Below, piece by piece: positions 46,701-64,000 of a stretch of 64,000 nucleotides of DNA. The notes below the pieces were generated by a model. It ran no database searches. It was not told where the DNA came from and saw only the letters and a list, made by a program, of their open reading frames with translations. The DNA comes from the human T2T-CHM13v2.0 reference genome, Homo sapiens. Made by a program: the position numbers and the translations under genes. The stretch is from assembly GCF_009914755.1 (NCBI RefSeq), contig NC_060935.1; one strand, given 5' to 3'. Within the stretch, counting starts at the first letter, position 1. Each line of letters opens with the position of its first letter.

Positions 46701-49700
46701 GGCCTACGGTGAAAAAGGAAATATCTTCGGATAAAAACTAGAAGGAAGCTTTCTGAAAAACTGCTTTGTGATCTGTGTATTCATCTCACAGATTTCAACC
46801 TTTCTCCGGATTCAGCAGTTTGCAAATGCAGTTTTTGTCCATTGTGTGAATGGTCACTTGGGAGCTCATTGAGGAAAACGGCAAAATAGGGAATATCCCA
46901 GGATAAAAACTAGAATGAAACTATCTGAGAAATTGCTTTGTGATGTGTGCATTCACCTCGCAGAGATAAAGCTTTCCCCTTATTCAGCATTTTAGAAACA
47001 CTGTTATTGTAGAATCTGTGAACTTATATTTGGAAGCACATTGAGGACTATGGTTAAAAACAAATATCTTCAGAAAAAAACTAGAAAGAAGCTTTCTGAG
47101 AAAGTGCTTTGTGATGTGTGAATTTACCTCCCAGAATTAAACATTTCTGCAGATTCAGCAGTTTGCAAACACTGTTTTTGTCCATTCTGCAAATGGACAT
47201 TTGGGAGCTCATTAAAGCCAATGTTGTAAGAGAAAATATCCCAAGATAAAAACTGGAAGGATGCTATCTGAGAAACCGCTTTGTGATGTGTGCATTCACC
47301 TCACAGAGATAAACTTTTCTTTTCATTCTGCAGTCTGGAAACACTGTTTTGAAAGAATTCATGAAGGGATATTTGTGAGCACATGGAAGTCTATGGTTAA
47401 AAAGGAAATATCTTCGGATAAAAACAAGAAAGAAGCTTTCTGAGTAAGTGCTTAGTGACCTGGGCATTCATCTCACAGAGTTAAACCTTTCTGTGGATTC
47501 AGAAGCTTGAAAACACTGTTTTTGCCCATTCTGCAAATGGACATTTGGGAGCTCATTGAGGCCAATGGCAAAAAAGTGAATATCCCAGGAAAAAAACTAG
47601 AAGAAAGCTATCTGAGAAACCGCTTTGTGATGTATGCATTCATCCCTAAGACTGAAACCTTTATTTTCATTCTGCAGTTTGGAAAAACTGTTTTCATAGA
47701 ATCTGCGAGGTTATATTTGGGAGTGCATTTTCTGAGAAACTGCTTTGTGATGTATGCATACATCTCACAGACATAAAACTTTCTGTGGATTTAGCAGTTT
47801 GGAAACACTGTTTTTGTCCATTGTGCGAATGGACATTTGGGAGCTCATTGTGGCCAATGGTGAAAAAGCATATATCCAAGGGAAAAACTAGAAGGAAGGT
47901 ATCTGAGAAACTGCTTTGTGATGTGTGCATTCATCTCAGAGAGTTCAACCTTTCTGTGCATTCAGTAGTTTGAAAACACTGTTTTTGTCCTTTCTGTGAA
48001 TGGACATTTGGGAGCTCTTTGAGGTCAATGGGTAAAAAGAGAATATCCCAGAATAAAAAGTAGAAGGAAGCTACTTGATAAACCGCTTTGTGATGTGTGC
48101 ATTCATCTCACAGAGTTAAACATTTCTTTTCTTTCAGGAGTTTAAAAACACTGTTTTCATAGATTCTGCAATGGGATATCTGGGAGCACATTGAGGCTTA
48201 TGTTGGAAAAGAAAATATCTTTAGATAAAAAGTAGAAAGAAGCTTTCTGACAAACTGCTTTGTGATGTGTGCATTCACCTCACAGGATCAAAACTTTCTG
48301 TGGATTCAGCCGTTTGCAAAACTGTTTTGTCCATTCTGTAAATGGACATTTGGGATTCCTTTGAGGCCAATGGCACAAAAGCGAATATCACAGGATAAAA
48401 ACTAGAAGGAAGTTATCTGACAAAACGCTATGTGATGTATGCATTCACCTCACAGAGATAAGCCTTTCTTTCATTCAGCAGTCTGGAAACACTGTTTTGG
48501 CACAATCAGCAAAGGGATATTTGGGAATACTTAGAGGCCTATGGTGAAAAAGGAAATACCTTCTGATAAAAACTAGAAAGAAGATTTCTGAGAAACTAAT
48601 TTCTGATGGGTGCATTCATCTCTCAGAGTTAAAATTTTCTTTCCACTCAGCAGTTTGGAAACACTGTTTTTTTTTCCATTCTACGAATGGACATTTTGGA
48701 GTTCATTGAGGCCAATGGTGAAAAAGTAAAAATCCCAGGATAGCAACTAGAAAGAGTCTATCTGAGAAACCACTTTGTGATGTGTGCGTTCACCTCACAG
48801 AGTTAACAATTTCTTTGTATATAGCAGTCTGGAAACACTGTTTTGGCAGAATCTGTGAGGGGATATTTGAAGCGCATTGAGGCCTATGGTGAGAAAGAAA
48901 ATAACTTCAGATAAACAATAGAAAGAAGCATTCTGAGGAAATGCTTTCTGATGTGTGCATTCATCTTAAAGAGTTAAAATTTTCTGTGGATTCAGCAGTT
49001 GGAAAACACTGTTTTTGCCCATTCTGTGAATGGACGTTTTGGAGCTATTGAGGCCAAAGGCAAAAGAGTGAATATCCCAGGATAAAAACTAGAAGGAAGT
49101 TATCTGAAAAACTGCTTTGTGATGTGTGCATTCATCTTGCAGAGATAAACCTTTCTTTTCATTCAGCAGTTTGGAAGCACTGTTTTTGTAGAATCGTGAA
49201 GAGATATTTGGGAGCTTAATGAGGCCCAGGTGAGAAAGTGAATATCCAAGGAAAAAAAACAAGAAAGAAGCTCTCTGAGAAACCACTTTGTGATGTGTGC
49301 ATTCAACTCACAGAGGTAAAACTTTATTTTCATTCATCCATCCAGAAACACTGTTTTGGCAGGATCCATGAAGGGATATTTGGGAGCCCATTGAGGCCTA
49401 TGCTAAAGGGGAAATATCTTCAGATAAAAACAAGAAAGTAGCTTTCTGAGAAACTATTTTGTGATATGTGCATTCATCACCCAGAGTTAAATTTTTCTTT
49501 TTATTCAGCAGTTTGGAAAATGTTGTGGAATCTGCAAAGTGATATTTGGGAGCTCATTGAGGCCAAAGGCGAAAAAGTGAATATCCCATGATGCAAACTG
49601 GACGGACACCATCTGAGAAACTGCTTTGTGATGAGTGCATTCATCTCTCTGAGATAAATCTTACTTTTGATTCAGCAGTTTGGATACACTCTTTTTGTAG

Positions 49701-52700
49701 AATCTGCGAAGTGATATCTGGGACCGCATGGAGGCCTATGGTGAAAAAGGAAATATTTTCAGATAAAAACTAGAAAGAAGCTTTCTGGGAAACTGCTTTT
49801 TGATGTGTGCATTCACCTCACAGAGTTAAATATTTCTGTGGATTCAGTAGTCTGCAAATACAGTTTTGTACATTCTGTGAGTGGACATTTGGGAACTCAA
49901 TGAGGCAAATATGAAAAAGCAAATATACCAGGATAAAAACTAGAAAGAAGCAATCTGAGCAACTTCTTTGCGATGTGTGCATTCACCTCACAGAGATAAA
50001 CTTTTCTTTTCATTTAGCAGTCAAGAAACCCTGTTCTGGAAGGATCTGTGAAGAGATATTTGGGAGTGCATTGAGCACTATGGTTAAACAGGAAATATCC
50101 ACAGATAAAAACTAGAAAGAAGCTTTCTGAGAAAGTGCTTATTCATCTGTGCATTCATCTCACAGAATTAAATATTTGTGTGGATTCAGTAGTTTTGCCC
50201 GATCTGCAAATGCACATTTGGGAGCTCATTGAGGCCAAAGGCCAAAAAAGTGAATATCCTGGGGAAAAAAAAGCTAGAAGGAAGCTATCTGAGAAACCGC
50301 TTTGTGATGTGTGCATTCACCATGCAGAGATAAACCTTTCTTTCCATTTAGCAGTTTGGAAACACTGTTTTGTAGAATCAGCGTAGTTATATTTTAGAGT
50401 GCATTAGGGACTCTGTTTAAAAGGAAATCTCTTCAGAGAAAAAATGAAAGTAGCTTTCTGAGAAAGTGCTTAGTGATGTGCGCATTCATCTCACAAAATT
50501 ATACATGACTGTGGATTCAGTGGTATGAAACCCATGTTATTTTCCATTTTGCAAATAGACATTTTGGAGTTCAATAAGGCCAATGGGGGAAAAGGAAATT
50601 TCTTAGGATAAGAACTAGAAGGAAGCTCTTTGAGAAACTGCTTTCTGACTTGTGCATTCATCTCACAGGGTTAAACCTTTCTTTTCATTCAGCAGTCTGG
50701 AAACATTGCTTTGGCAATATCCGAGAAGGGATATGTGGGAGTGTATTGAGGCCTAACATGAAAAAGGAAATATCTTAAGATAAAAACTAGAAAGAAACCT
50801 TCTGAGAAATTGCTTTTTGATGTTTGCATTCGTCTCCCAGAATTAAGCCTTTCTTTGGATTCAGCGTTTTGGAAACAATGTTGTTGTAGAATCTGTGAAG
50901 GGATATTTGAGAGCTTAATGGGGCTAATGGGGAAAAACGGAATAACCAGCAAAAAAACGTGAAGGAAGTTATCTCAGAAACTGCTTTGTGATGTGTGCAT
51001 TCAGCTTTCAGAGTTAAACCTTTCTTCTCATTCAGCAGTTTGGAAACACTCTTTTCATAGAAACTGTGAAGTGATATCTGGGAGCACCTAGAGGCCTATG
51101 GTGAAAAAGGAAATATCTTCAGATAAAAACTAGAAAGGTGTTCTTGGAGAAACTGCTTCATGATGTCTGCATTCATCTCTGAGAGGTAAACCTTTCTTTG
51201 GATTTAGCAATTTAGAGACACTGTTTTTGTAGAACCTGCAAAGTGATATTTGGGAGCTCATTGAGGCCAACGCCATAAAAGCCAAAATCCCAGGATAAAA
51301 ACTAGAAGGCAGTTATCTGAGAAATGGCTTTGTGTTGTGTGCATTCATCTCACAGAGATAAACCTTTCTTTTCATTCAGCAGTTTGGAAATACTGTTTTG
51401 GTAGAATCTACAAAGGGATATTTTGTAGAGCATTGATGTCTGTGGTGAAAAAGAAAATATATTCGGATAAAACCTAGAAAGATGCTTTTTTAGAAGCTGC
51501 TTTGCTATGTGTGCGTTCATCTTGCAGAGTGAAACCTTTCTTTGGATTCAGCAGTTTAGAAATACTGTTTTTGTAGAATCTGCACAGTGATATCTGGGAT
51601 TGCATTAAGGCCTATGGTGAAAAAGGAAATACCTTCAGATAAAAACTAGAAAGAAGTTTTCTGAGAAACTGCTTTGTGATGTGTGCATTCATCTCACACA
51701 GTTAAACCTTTCTGTAGATTCAGCAGTTTGCAAACACTGTTTTTGTTTTTCCATACTGTAAATGAACACTTGAGAGCTTATTGAGGCCAGTAATGAAAAA
51801 GGGAATATCCAAGGAGAAAAAACAGAAGGAAGCTATCTGAGAAACCTCTTTGTCATGTGTGCATTCACCTCACAGAGTTAAAACCTTCTTTTCTTTCCAC
51901 AGTCTGTAAACACTGTTTTAGCAGAATCCATGAAGGGATATTTGGGAGTGCATTGAGGCCTATTGTGAAAAAAGAAAATACCTTCAGATAAAAACTAGAA
52001 GTAAGCTTTCTGAGAAACTACTTTGTGATGTGAGCATTCACCTCACAGAGTTAAACCTTTCTGTGGATTCGGCCATTTGCAAATACTTTTTTGTCCATTC
52101 CGCAAAGGGATATTTGTGAGCGCATTATGACCTATGGTGAAAAAGAAAATACCTTCACATAAAAATTACAAAAAATGTTTCTCAGAAACTGCTTTGTGAT
52201 GTGTGCATTCATCCCACACAGTTAAACAATTTTTGGACTCAGCAGTTTGGAAACACTGTATTTATAGAATCTGAGAAGGCATATCTGGGAACTCATTAAG
52301 AGGAATGGTGAACAAGCAAATCTCAGAGGAAAAACACTAGAAGGAAGCAATCCGAGAAACTGCTTTGTGATGAGTACATTCATCACACAGAGTTAAAGCT
52401 TTCTTTTCATTCAGCAGTTTGGAAACACTGTTTTCATTGAATCTGCGAAGTGCTATCTGGGAGTGCTTTAAGGCCTACAGTGAAAAAGAAAATATCTTCA
52501 GATAAAAACTAGAAATAAGCATCCTGATAAACTGCTTTGTGATGTGTGCATTCATCTCCCAGAGTTAAACCATTCTTTGGATTCACCTATTAGGAAACAC
52601 TGTTGTTTTACAATCTGTGAAGGGATACTTGGGAGCTCATTGAGGACAAATGTGAAAAAGCAAATATCCCATTACAAAAACTGGAAGGAAGCTATCTGAG

Positions 52701-55164
52701 AAACCATTTTGTGATGTGTACATTCATCTCACAGAGATAAATCTTTCTTTTTCATTCAGCAGTCTGGAAACACTATTTTGGCATGATCCACAAAGTGATA
52801 TTTATCACCACATGGAGGCCTATGATGAAAAAGGAAATAACTTCAGATAAAAACTAGAAAGAAGCTTTTTGAGAATCTGCTTTGTGATGTGTGCATTCTT
52901 CTCACAGAGTTAAACCATTCTATGGATTCTGCAGTTTGCAAACATGGTTTTTGCCCATTCTGCAAATGGGCATTTGGGAACTCATTGAGGGCAATGGCAA
53001 AAAAGCGAATATCCAAGGATATAAACTAGAAGGAAGCTACATGAACCTCACAGAGATAAGCCTTCCTTTTCATACAGTAGTGCGGAAACACTGTTTTTGC
53101 AGAATCCATTAAGGGATATTAGGGAGTGCATTGAGGCCTATGGAGAAAAAGTAAATATCTGCAGAATAAAACTGGAAAGAAGCTTTCTAAGAAACTGCTT
53201 TGTGATATGTGTATTCATCTCACAGAGTTAAACATTTCTTGCATTCAACAGTTTGGAAACATTGTTGTTGTAGAATCTGCAAAGGTATATTTGGGACCTC
53301 ATTAAGGCCCATGGTGAAAAAGCCAATATCCCAGGATAAAAAGTATAAGGAAGCCATCTGAGAAGCCACTTTTTGTTATGTGGGCATTCACCTCACAGAG
53401 TTAAACCATTTATTTCATTCAGCAGTCCAGAAACACTGTTTTGGCAGAATGCTTGATGGGATATTTGGGAGCGCATTGAGGACTGTGGTGAAAAAGTAAA
53501 TATCTGTTGAATCAGCAGTTTGGAAAAACTGTCTTTGTCTATTCTGTGAATGGACATTTGGGAGTGCATTGAGGCAAATGGTGAAAAAGCAAATATGCCA
53601 GGATAAAAACTAGAAAGAAGCTACCTGAGAAACAACTTTTTGATATGCACATTCACCACCCAGAGTAAAAACTTTCTTTTCATACAGCAGTCTGGAAGCA
53701 CTGTTTTTGTAGAATATGCAAAATAATATTTCGGAGTTCATAGAAGTCTCTGCAGGCAAAGGAAATATCTTCAGATAAAAAGTAGAAAGAGGCTTTCAGA
53801 GAAACATCTTTGTGCTGTGAGAAATCATCTCACATAATTCAACATTTCTTTGGATTAAGCAGTTTGGAAACACTGTTTTTGTCCATTCTGCAAATGGACA
53901 TCTGGGAGCTCATCGAGGCCAATGGCAAAAATGTTAAACTTTCAGCAGTTTGGAAACACTGTTTTCGAAGAATCTGTGAAGGGATATCTGGGAGCTCATT
54001 GAGGCCAATGGTGAAAATGTGAATACCCCAGGATAAAAAATAGAAGTAAGCTATTTGAGAAACTGCTTTGTGATGTGTGCATTCAACTCACAGAGTTAAA
54101 CTTTTCTTTTCATTCAGCAGTTTGGAAACACTGTTTTCATAATATCTGTGAAGGGTTATCTGGGAGCGCATCGAGGCCTGTGGTGAAAAAGGAAATATCT
54201 TCAGATAAAAACTTGAAAGAAACTTCTGAGAAACTGCTTTGTGATGTGTGCATTCATAACACAAAATAAAACCTTTCTTTGGATTCAGCAGTTTGGAAAC
54301 GCTGTTGTTTTAGAATTTGTGATGGGTTATTTTTGGAGCTCATTGAGGCCAATGGCAAAAAAGAGAATATCCCAGGATAAAAACTAAAAGGAAGTTGTCT
54401 GAAAAACTGCTTTGTTGTGTGTGCATTCACCTCTCAGAGTTAAAATATGCTTTTCATTCAGCAGTATAGAAAAAGGGTTTTTGTAGAATCTGCAAAGTTA
54501 TCTTTGGGATTGCATGGAGGCCTCTGCTGGAAAAGGAAATATCTTCACATAAAAACTAAAAGGAAGCTTTCCAAGAAACGATTTTGCAATGTGGGCATTC
54601 ATCTCACAGAGTTAAACACTTCTGTGGATTCATCATTTTGCAAACCCTCTTGTTGTGGAATCTGCAATGGGCTATTGGGGAGATCCTTGAGGCCAAAATG
54701 GAAAAAGTGAATATCCCAGGATAAAAACTAGACGAAAGCTACTTGAGAAACCGTGTTGTGATGTGTGCATTCATTACGCAGATTTAAACCTTTCTTTTCA
54801 TTCTGCACCTTGGAAACACTGTTTTCGTAGAATCGGTGAAGGGATTTCTGGAAGCGCATTGAGGCCTGCACTGAAAAAGGAAATATCTTCAGACAAAAAC
54901 TAGAAAGAAGCTTTATGGGAAATTGCTTTGTGATGTCTGTATTCATCTCACAGAGTTACACTTTTCATTTCATTGAGCAGTTTGAAAACACTGTTTATTT
55001 CAATTGTGTGAATGGACATGTGGGAGCTCATTGAGGCCAATGGCCAAAAAGTGAAAATCCCATACAGCAGTTTGGAAAAACTGTTCTGGCAGAATCCACG
55101 AGGAGATATTTGGAAGTGCATTGAGGTCTATGGTGAAAAAGAAAATATATTCAGATAAAAACTA
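37787..55164 (+). repeat. Alpha satellite, sense orientation (~100 monomers)
   Basis: Continuous alphoid monomers, several with internal deletions. Confidence 0.99.
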
Positions 55165-58734
<3,570 letters not shown>

Positions 58735-61700
58735 AAAAACTAAAATAAGCTATCTGAAAAGTGCTTTGTGATGTATGCATTCATCTCATAGAGTTAAAGC
58801 TTTCTTTTCATTCAGCTGTCTGTAAATATTGTTTTGGCAGAATCCGTGTGTCGATGTTTTGGAGCGCATTGATTCCTATGGTGAAAAAGGTAATATCTTC
58901 TGACAAAAACTAGAAGGATTGTTTCTGAGAAACTTCTTTGTGGTGTGTACATTCATCTCACAGGGTTAAAATTTTCTTTGGATTCAGGAGTTTGGAAACA
59001 CTGTTGCAGAATCTGCGAAGGGATATTTGGGAGCTCATTGAGGCAAATGATGAAAACACGAATATACCAAGATAAAAACCAGAAGGAAACTATTTGAGAA
59101 ACTACTTGGTTATGTGTGCATTCATCCTACAGAATTAAACTTCTCTTTTCATTTAGCAGTATGGAAACACTTTTTTCATAGAATCTGTGAAGAGATATCT
59201 GGGAGCCCACTGAGGCCTATGGCGAAAGAGGAAATCTCTTCGGATAAAAACTAGAAAGAAGCTTTCTGAGAAACTGTTTTTTGTTGTTTACTTTCACCTT
59301 ATAGTGTTAAACGTTTCTGTGGATTTGCAAACACTATTTTTGTCCATTCTGGGAATGGACATTTGTGAGCAAATTGAGGCCAATCGAGAAAAAACGAGCA
59401 TCACAGGATAGATAGAAACTAGAAGGAAGCTATCTGAGCAACTGCTTTGTGATGTGTGCATTCACCTCTAAGAGATAAACTTTTCTTTACTCAGCAGTCT
59501 GGAAACAATATTTTGGCAGAATACATGAAGGGATATTTTGGAACACATTTAGGCCTATAGGGTAAAAGGAAATATCTTCAGGTAAAAACTAGAAAGAAGC
59601 TTTCTGAAAAACTGCTTTGTGATGTGTGCATTCATCTCACAGAGTTAAACCTTTCTGTGGAAACAGCCATTTGCACACACTGTTTTTGTCCCTTCTATGA
59701 ATGGACATTTGGGAGCACATCGAGGCCTGTGGTGAAAATGGAAACATCTTGTGATAAAATCTAGAAAGAATCTTTCTGAGAAACTGCTTTGTGATGTGTG
59801 CATTCATCTCACAGAGATAAACCTTTCATTAGATTCAGCAGTTTGTAAACACTGTTATTGTAGAATCTGCAAAGGGATGTGTGGGAGATCATTGATGCCA
59901 GTGGTGAAAAAGACAATATCCCATTATAACAACTAGAAGGAATCAATCTGAGAAACCGCTTTGGGATGTGTGCATTCAACTCACAGAGATAAACTTTTCT
60001 TTTCATGCAGTAGTCTGGGAACACTGTTTTGACAGAATCTGCAAAGGGATATTTGGGAGCACATTGAGGCCAAGAGTGAAAAAGGAAATGTCTTCAGATA
60101 AAAACCAGAAAGAAGCTTTCTGAGAAACTGCTCTGTGATGCATGCATTCATCTCACAGAGTTAAACCTTTCTTTGCATTCAGCAGTTTGGAAACACTGTT
60201 GTTGTAGAGTCTGTGAAGGGATATTTGGGAGCTTATTGAGGCCAAAGTGGAAAAACAGAATATCCCAGGAAAAAAACAAGACGGAAGTTATCTGAGAAAC
60301 CGCTTTTTGATTTGCGTATTCATCTCTCAGATGTAAAACATTCTTTTCATTCAGCACTTTGGAAGCACTGTTTTCGTAGAATCTGCGAAGTTATATTTGG
60401 GAATGCATAGAGGCCTATGGTGAAAAAGGAAATATCTTCAGATTAAAAATAAGATTTCTGATAAAATGCTTTTCTATGTGTACATTTATCTCACAGAGTT
60501 AAACCTTTCTATGGATTCAGCAAATTGCAAAGACTCTTTGTGTCCATTCTGTGAATGGGCATATGGGAACTTATTGAGGCCAATGGTGAAAAAGTGAATA
60601 TCCCAGTATAAAATGTGGAAGGCAGCTACCTGAGAAACCGCTTTGTGATTTTTGCATTCATCTTCCCTAGGTAAACTTTTATTTTCATTCAGCAGTCTGG
60701 ATACACCGTTTTGGCAGAATCTGTGAAGGGTTATTTGAGACTGCATTCAGGCCTGTGGTGAAAAAGCAAATATATTCAGATAAAAACTAGAAAGAAGTTT
60801 TCTGAGAAACTGCTTTGTGGTGTGTGCATTTGTCTCAAAGAGTTAAACCTTTCTGTGGATTCAGCAGTTTGGAAACATTGTTGTTGCAGACCCTGTGAAG
60901 GGATATTTGTGAGCTTAATGATGCCAAAGGCGAGAAAGCAAATATCTCAGGAAGAAAACTAGAAGGAAGATATCTGAGAAACTGATTTGTGATGTGTGCA
61001 TTTACCTCGCAGAGTTAAAACTTTCTTTTCATAGAGCAGTCTGGAAACACTGTTTTGACAGAATCTGCAAAGGGATATTTGGGAGCACATTGAAGCCTAT
61101 GGTGAAAAAAGAAATAATATCTTCACATAAAAACCAGAAAGAAGCTTTCTAAGAAACTGATTTGAGATGTGTGCATTCATCTCACAAAGTTAAACATTTC
61201 TTTGGATTCAGAAGTTTGGAAACACTGTTCTAGAATCTTCAAAGGGTTATTTTGAAGCTCACTGAGGCCAAAGGTGGAAAAGCGAATAGCCCAAGAGAAA
61301 AACTAGAAGGAAGCTATCTGAGAAACTGCCTCATGATGTGTGCATTAATCTGACACAGTTAAAACGTTTCTTTTCATTCAGCAGTTTGGAAACACGGTTT
61401 TCATAGAATCTGTGAAAGGATATCTGGGAGCACATTTAGTCCTATGGTGAAAAAGGAGATATCTTCAGATAAAACCAGAAGCATTCTGAAAAACTGCCTT
61501 GTGATGTGTGCATTCACCTCACAGAGTTAAACCTTTCTGTGGATTCAGCAGTTTGCAAACTCTGTTTTTGTCCACTCTGTGATTGGACGTTAGCTAGCCC
61601 AATGCAGCCTATGGCCAAAAAGCGAATATCCCAGGATAAAAACAAGAAACATGCTATCTATCTGAGGAACTGTTTTGTGATGTGTACATCACCTCGCAGA

Positions 61701-64000
61701 GAAAAGCCTTTCTTTTCATTCAGCAACCTGGAAATACTCTTTTGGCGGAATCCATGAAGGGAAATTTGGGAGTGTATAGAGGCCTATGGTGAAAAAAGGA
61801 ATTATCTTCAGATAAAAACTAGAAAGAAGCTATCTGAGAAAATGCTTTGTGATGTGTGCATTCATCTCAAAGAGTTAAAACTTTCTGTAGATTCATCAGT
61901 TCACATATACTATTTTTGTCCATACTGCGATTGGACATTTGGGAGCTCACTGGGGACAATGTCCAAAAATGGAAAATCCCAGGATAAAAAATAAAATGAA
62001 GCTATCTGAGAAACTGCTTTTTGATGTGTACATTCACTTCACAGATTTAAACTTTTCTTCTCATTCAGCAGTCTGGAAACACTGTTTTGGCAGAATCCGA
62101 GAAGGGATATTTGGGAGCACCTAGAGGCCCATGGTGAAAAAGAAAACATGTTCAGATAAAAACTAGAAAGAAGCTTTCTTAGAAAATGCTTTGTGATGTG
62201 TGCATTTCTCTCACAGAGTTAAAACTTTCTGTGGATTCAGCAGTTTAGAAACACTGTTTTTTTAGAAGCTGGGTAGGGATATTTGGGAGCTTAATGAGGC
62301 AAATGCAAAAAACGGATATCCCAGGATAAAAACTAGAAGGAAGCCCTTTGAGAAAACTCTTTCTGTTGTGTGCATTACTCTTGCAGATTTAAACCTTTCT
62401 TTCCATTCAGCAATTTGGAAACACTGTTTTCATAGTATCTGCAAAGTGATATCTTGGAGCACTTACTTTGAGATCTGTGGTGAAAAAGGAAACATATTCA
62501 GTTTAAAATTAGAAAGAAGTTCTATGAGAAACTACTCGGTGTTTTGAGCATTCATCTCACAGAGTTAAACCTTTCTGTGGATTCAGCAGTCATAAACACT
62601 GCTTTTGTCTATTCCATGAATGCACATTTGGCTGCTAGTTGGAGCCAAAGGAGAAAAAGTGAATATCCCAAGATAATAACTAGAAAGAAGCTATCTGAGA
62701 AACCGCTTTGTGGTGTGTGCATTCATCTCACAGAGTTAAACCTTTCTTTTCATTCAGCAGTTTGGAATCACTGTTTACGTATAATCTGTGAACGGATATC
62801 TGGGAGCACATTGTGGTCTATGGTGAAAAAAATACCTTCAGGTAAAAACTAGAAAGAAGTTTTCTGAAAGAATGCTTTGTGATGTGTGCATTCATCTCAC
62901 AGATTGATAGCTTCTGTGGATTCAGCAATTTGCAAACACTGTTTTTGTCCATTCTGCCCATGGACATTTGGGAGCCCTTTGTGGCCAATGGAAAAAAAGC
63001 AAATATCCCAGGATGAAAACTAGAAGGAAGCTATATGAGAAATCGCTTTGTGATGTGGGAATTCACCTGGCAGAGATAAATTTTTCCTTTCATTCAGCAG
63101 TATGGAAACGCTGTTTTGGCAGAATCAGCTAAGGGATATTTGGGAGTGCAAAGAGGTCAATTGTGAAAAAGGGAATAACTTCACATAAAAACTATAAAGA
63201 AGCTTTCTGAGAAACTGCTTTGTGATGTGTGCATTCATCACACAGAGTTAAATATTTCTTTGGATTCAGCAGTTTGCCAACATTGTTTTGGCCCATTCTG
63301 TGAATAGACATTTGGGAGCTCATTGAGGCCAATGGCAAAAAACCGAATATCCCAGGATAAAAACTAATAAAAACTACCTGAGACACTGCTTTATGAATGG
63401 AGCATTCACCTCACAGAGTTAAAACTTTCTTTTCATACAGCAGTCTGGAAACACTGCTTTGGAAGAATCCACAAAGTGATATGTGGGAGCACATTGAGGC
63501 CTAAGGTGAAAAAGTAAATATCATCAGATAAAAGCTGGAAACTAGCTTTCTGAGAAACTGCTTTGTGATGTGTGCATTCATCTCACAGAGTTAAGCCTTT
63601 CTTTGGATTTGGCATTTTGGAAACACTGTTGTTGTAGGATCTGCATAGCAATATCTTGGATCTTAATGATGACAATGGTGAAAAAGTGAATATCCCAGGA
63701 AAAAAAAAACTAGAAACTGCTTTGTGATGTGTGCATTCATATCTCAGAGTTAGACCTTGCCTTTATTTAGCAGTTTGGAAACAATGTTTTTGTAGAATCT
63801 GTAAAGGTATACCTGGGAGCGCATTGAGGTCCATGGTGAAAAATGAAATATCATAAAATAAATCAATAAATAAGCTTTCTGAGAAGTTGATTTGTTATAT
63901 GTGCATTCATCTCACAGAGTTAAGCTTTTCTATGGATTCGGCCATTTGTTAAAACTGTTTTTCTGCATTCTGTGAAAGGACATTTGGGAGTTCATAGAGG
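58735..64000 (+). repeat. Alpha satellite, sense orientation (~31 monomers)
   Basis: Continuous alphoid monomers to the end of the window. Confidence 0.99.

Noticed and set aside
48197-48213. CTTATGTTGGAAAAGAA as a CENP-B box
   Set aside because: It lacks both essential cores, TTCG and CGGG.

Overview
This window is primate (human/great-ape-type) pericentromeric heterochromatin with no host protein-coding gene, RNA gene or CRISPR array. About 51 kb (roughly 300 monomers) is old, diverged ~171-bp alpha satellite in which two monomer types loosely alternate. I saw no intact CENP-B box. The array runs antisense to the conventional alphoid consensus from 1 to ~21509, then flips to sense at a sharp junction that sits on a short palindrome. 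Five dead LINE-1 elements (~13 kb) interrupt it. L1-A (14543-20566, +) is full length and L1PA2-like, with a 16-bp TSD. L1-B (22391-23379, -) is 5'-inverted and has lost its 3' ~1.9 kb. L1-C (30267-30879, -) is a short 5'-inverted L1PA2-like element with a 14-bp TSD. L1-D (35800-37786, -) is L1PA4-like, 5'-truncated, with a ~500-bp internal deletion. L1-E (55165-58734, +) is 5'-inverted with a ~567-bp inverted duplication whose two copies carry different subfamily-type bases, suggesting a chimera of two elements. I found no evidence of a new gene system: every ORF in the track is an L1 fragment or a chance frame in repeat DNA. The noteworthy signals are structural: the chimeric L1-E, mirror-image satellite domains around the inversion, relic multimer duplications, a recurring 9-bp hairpin, and reuse of one monomer position by three L1 insertions. 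Subfamily and layer names come from remembered diagnostics and need RepeatMasker/HMM confirmation.
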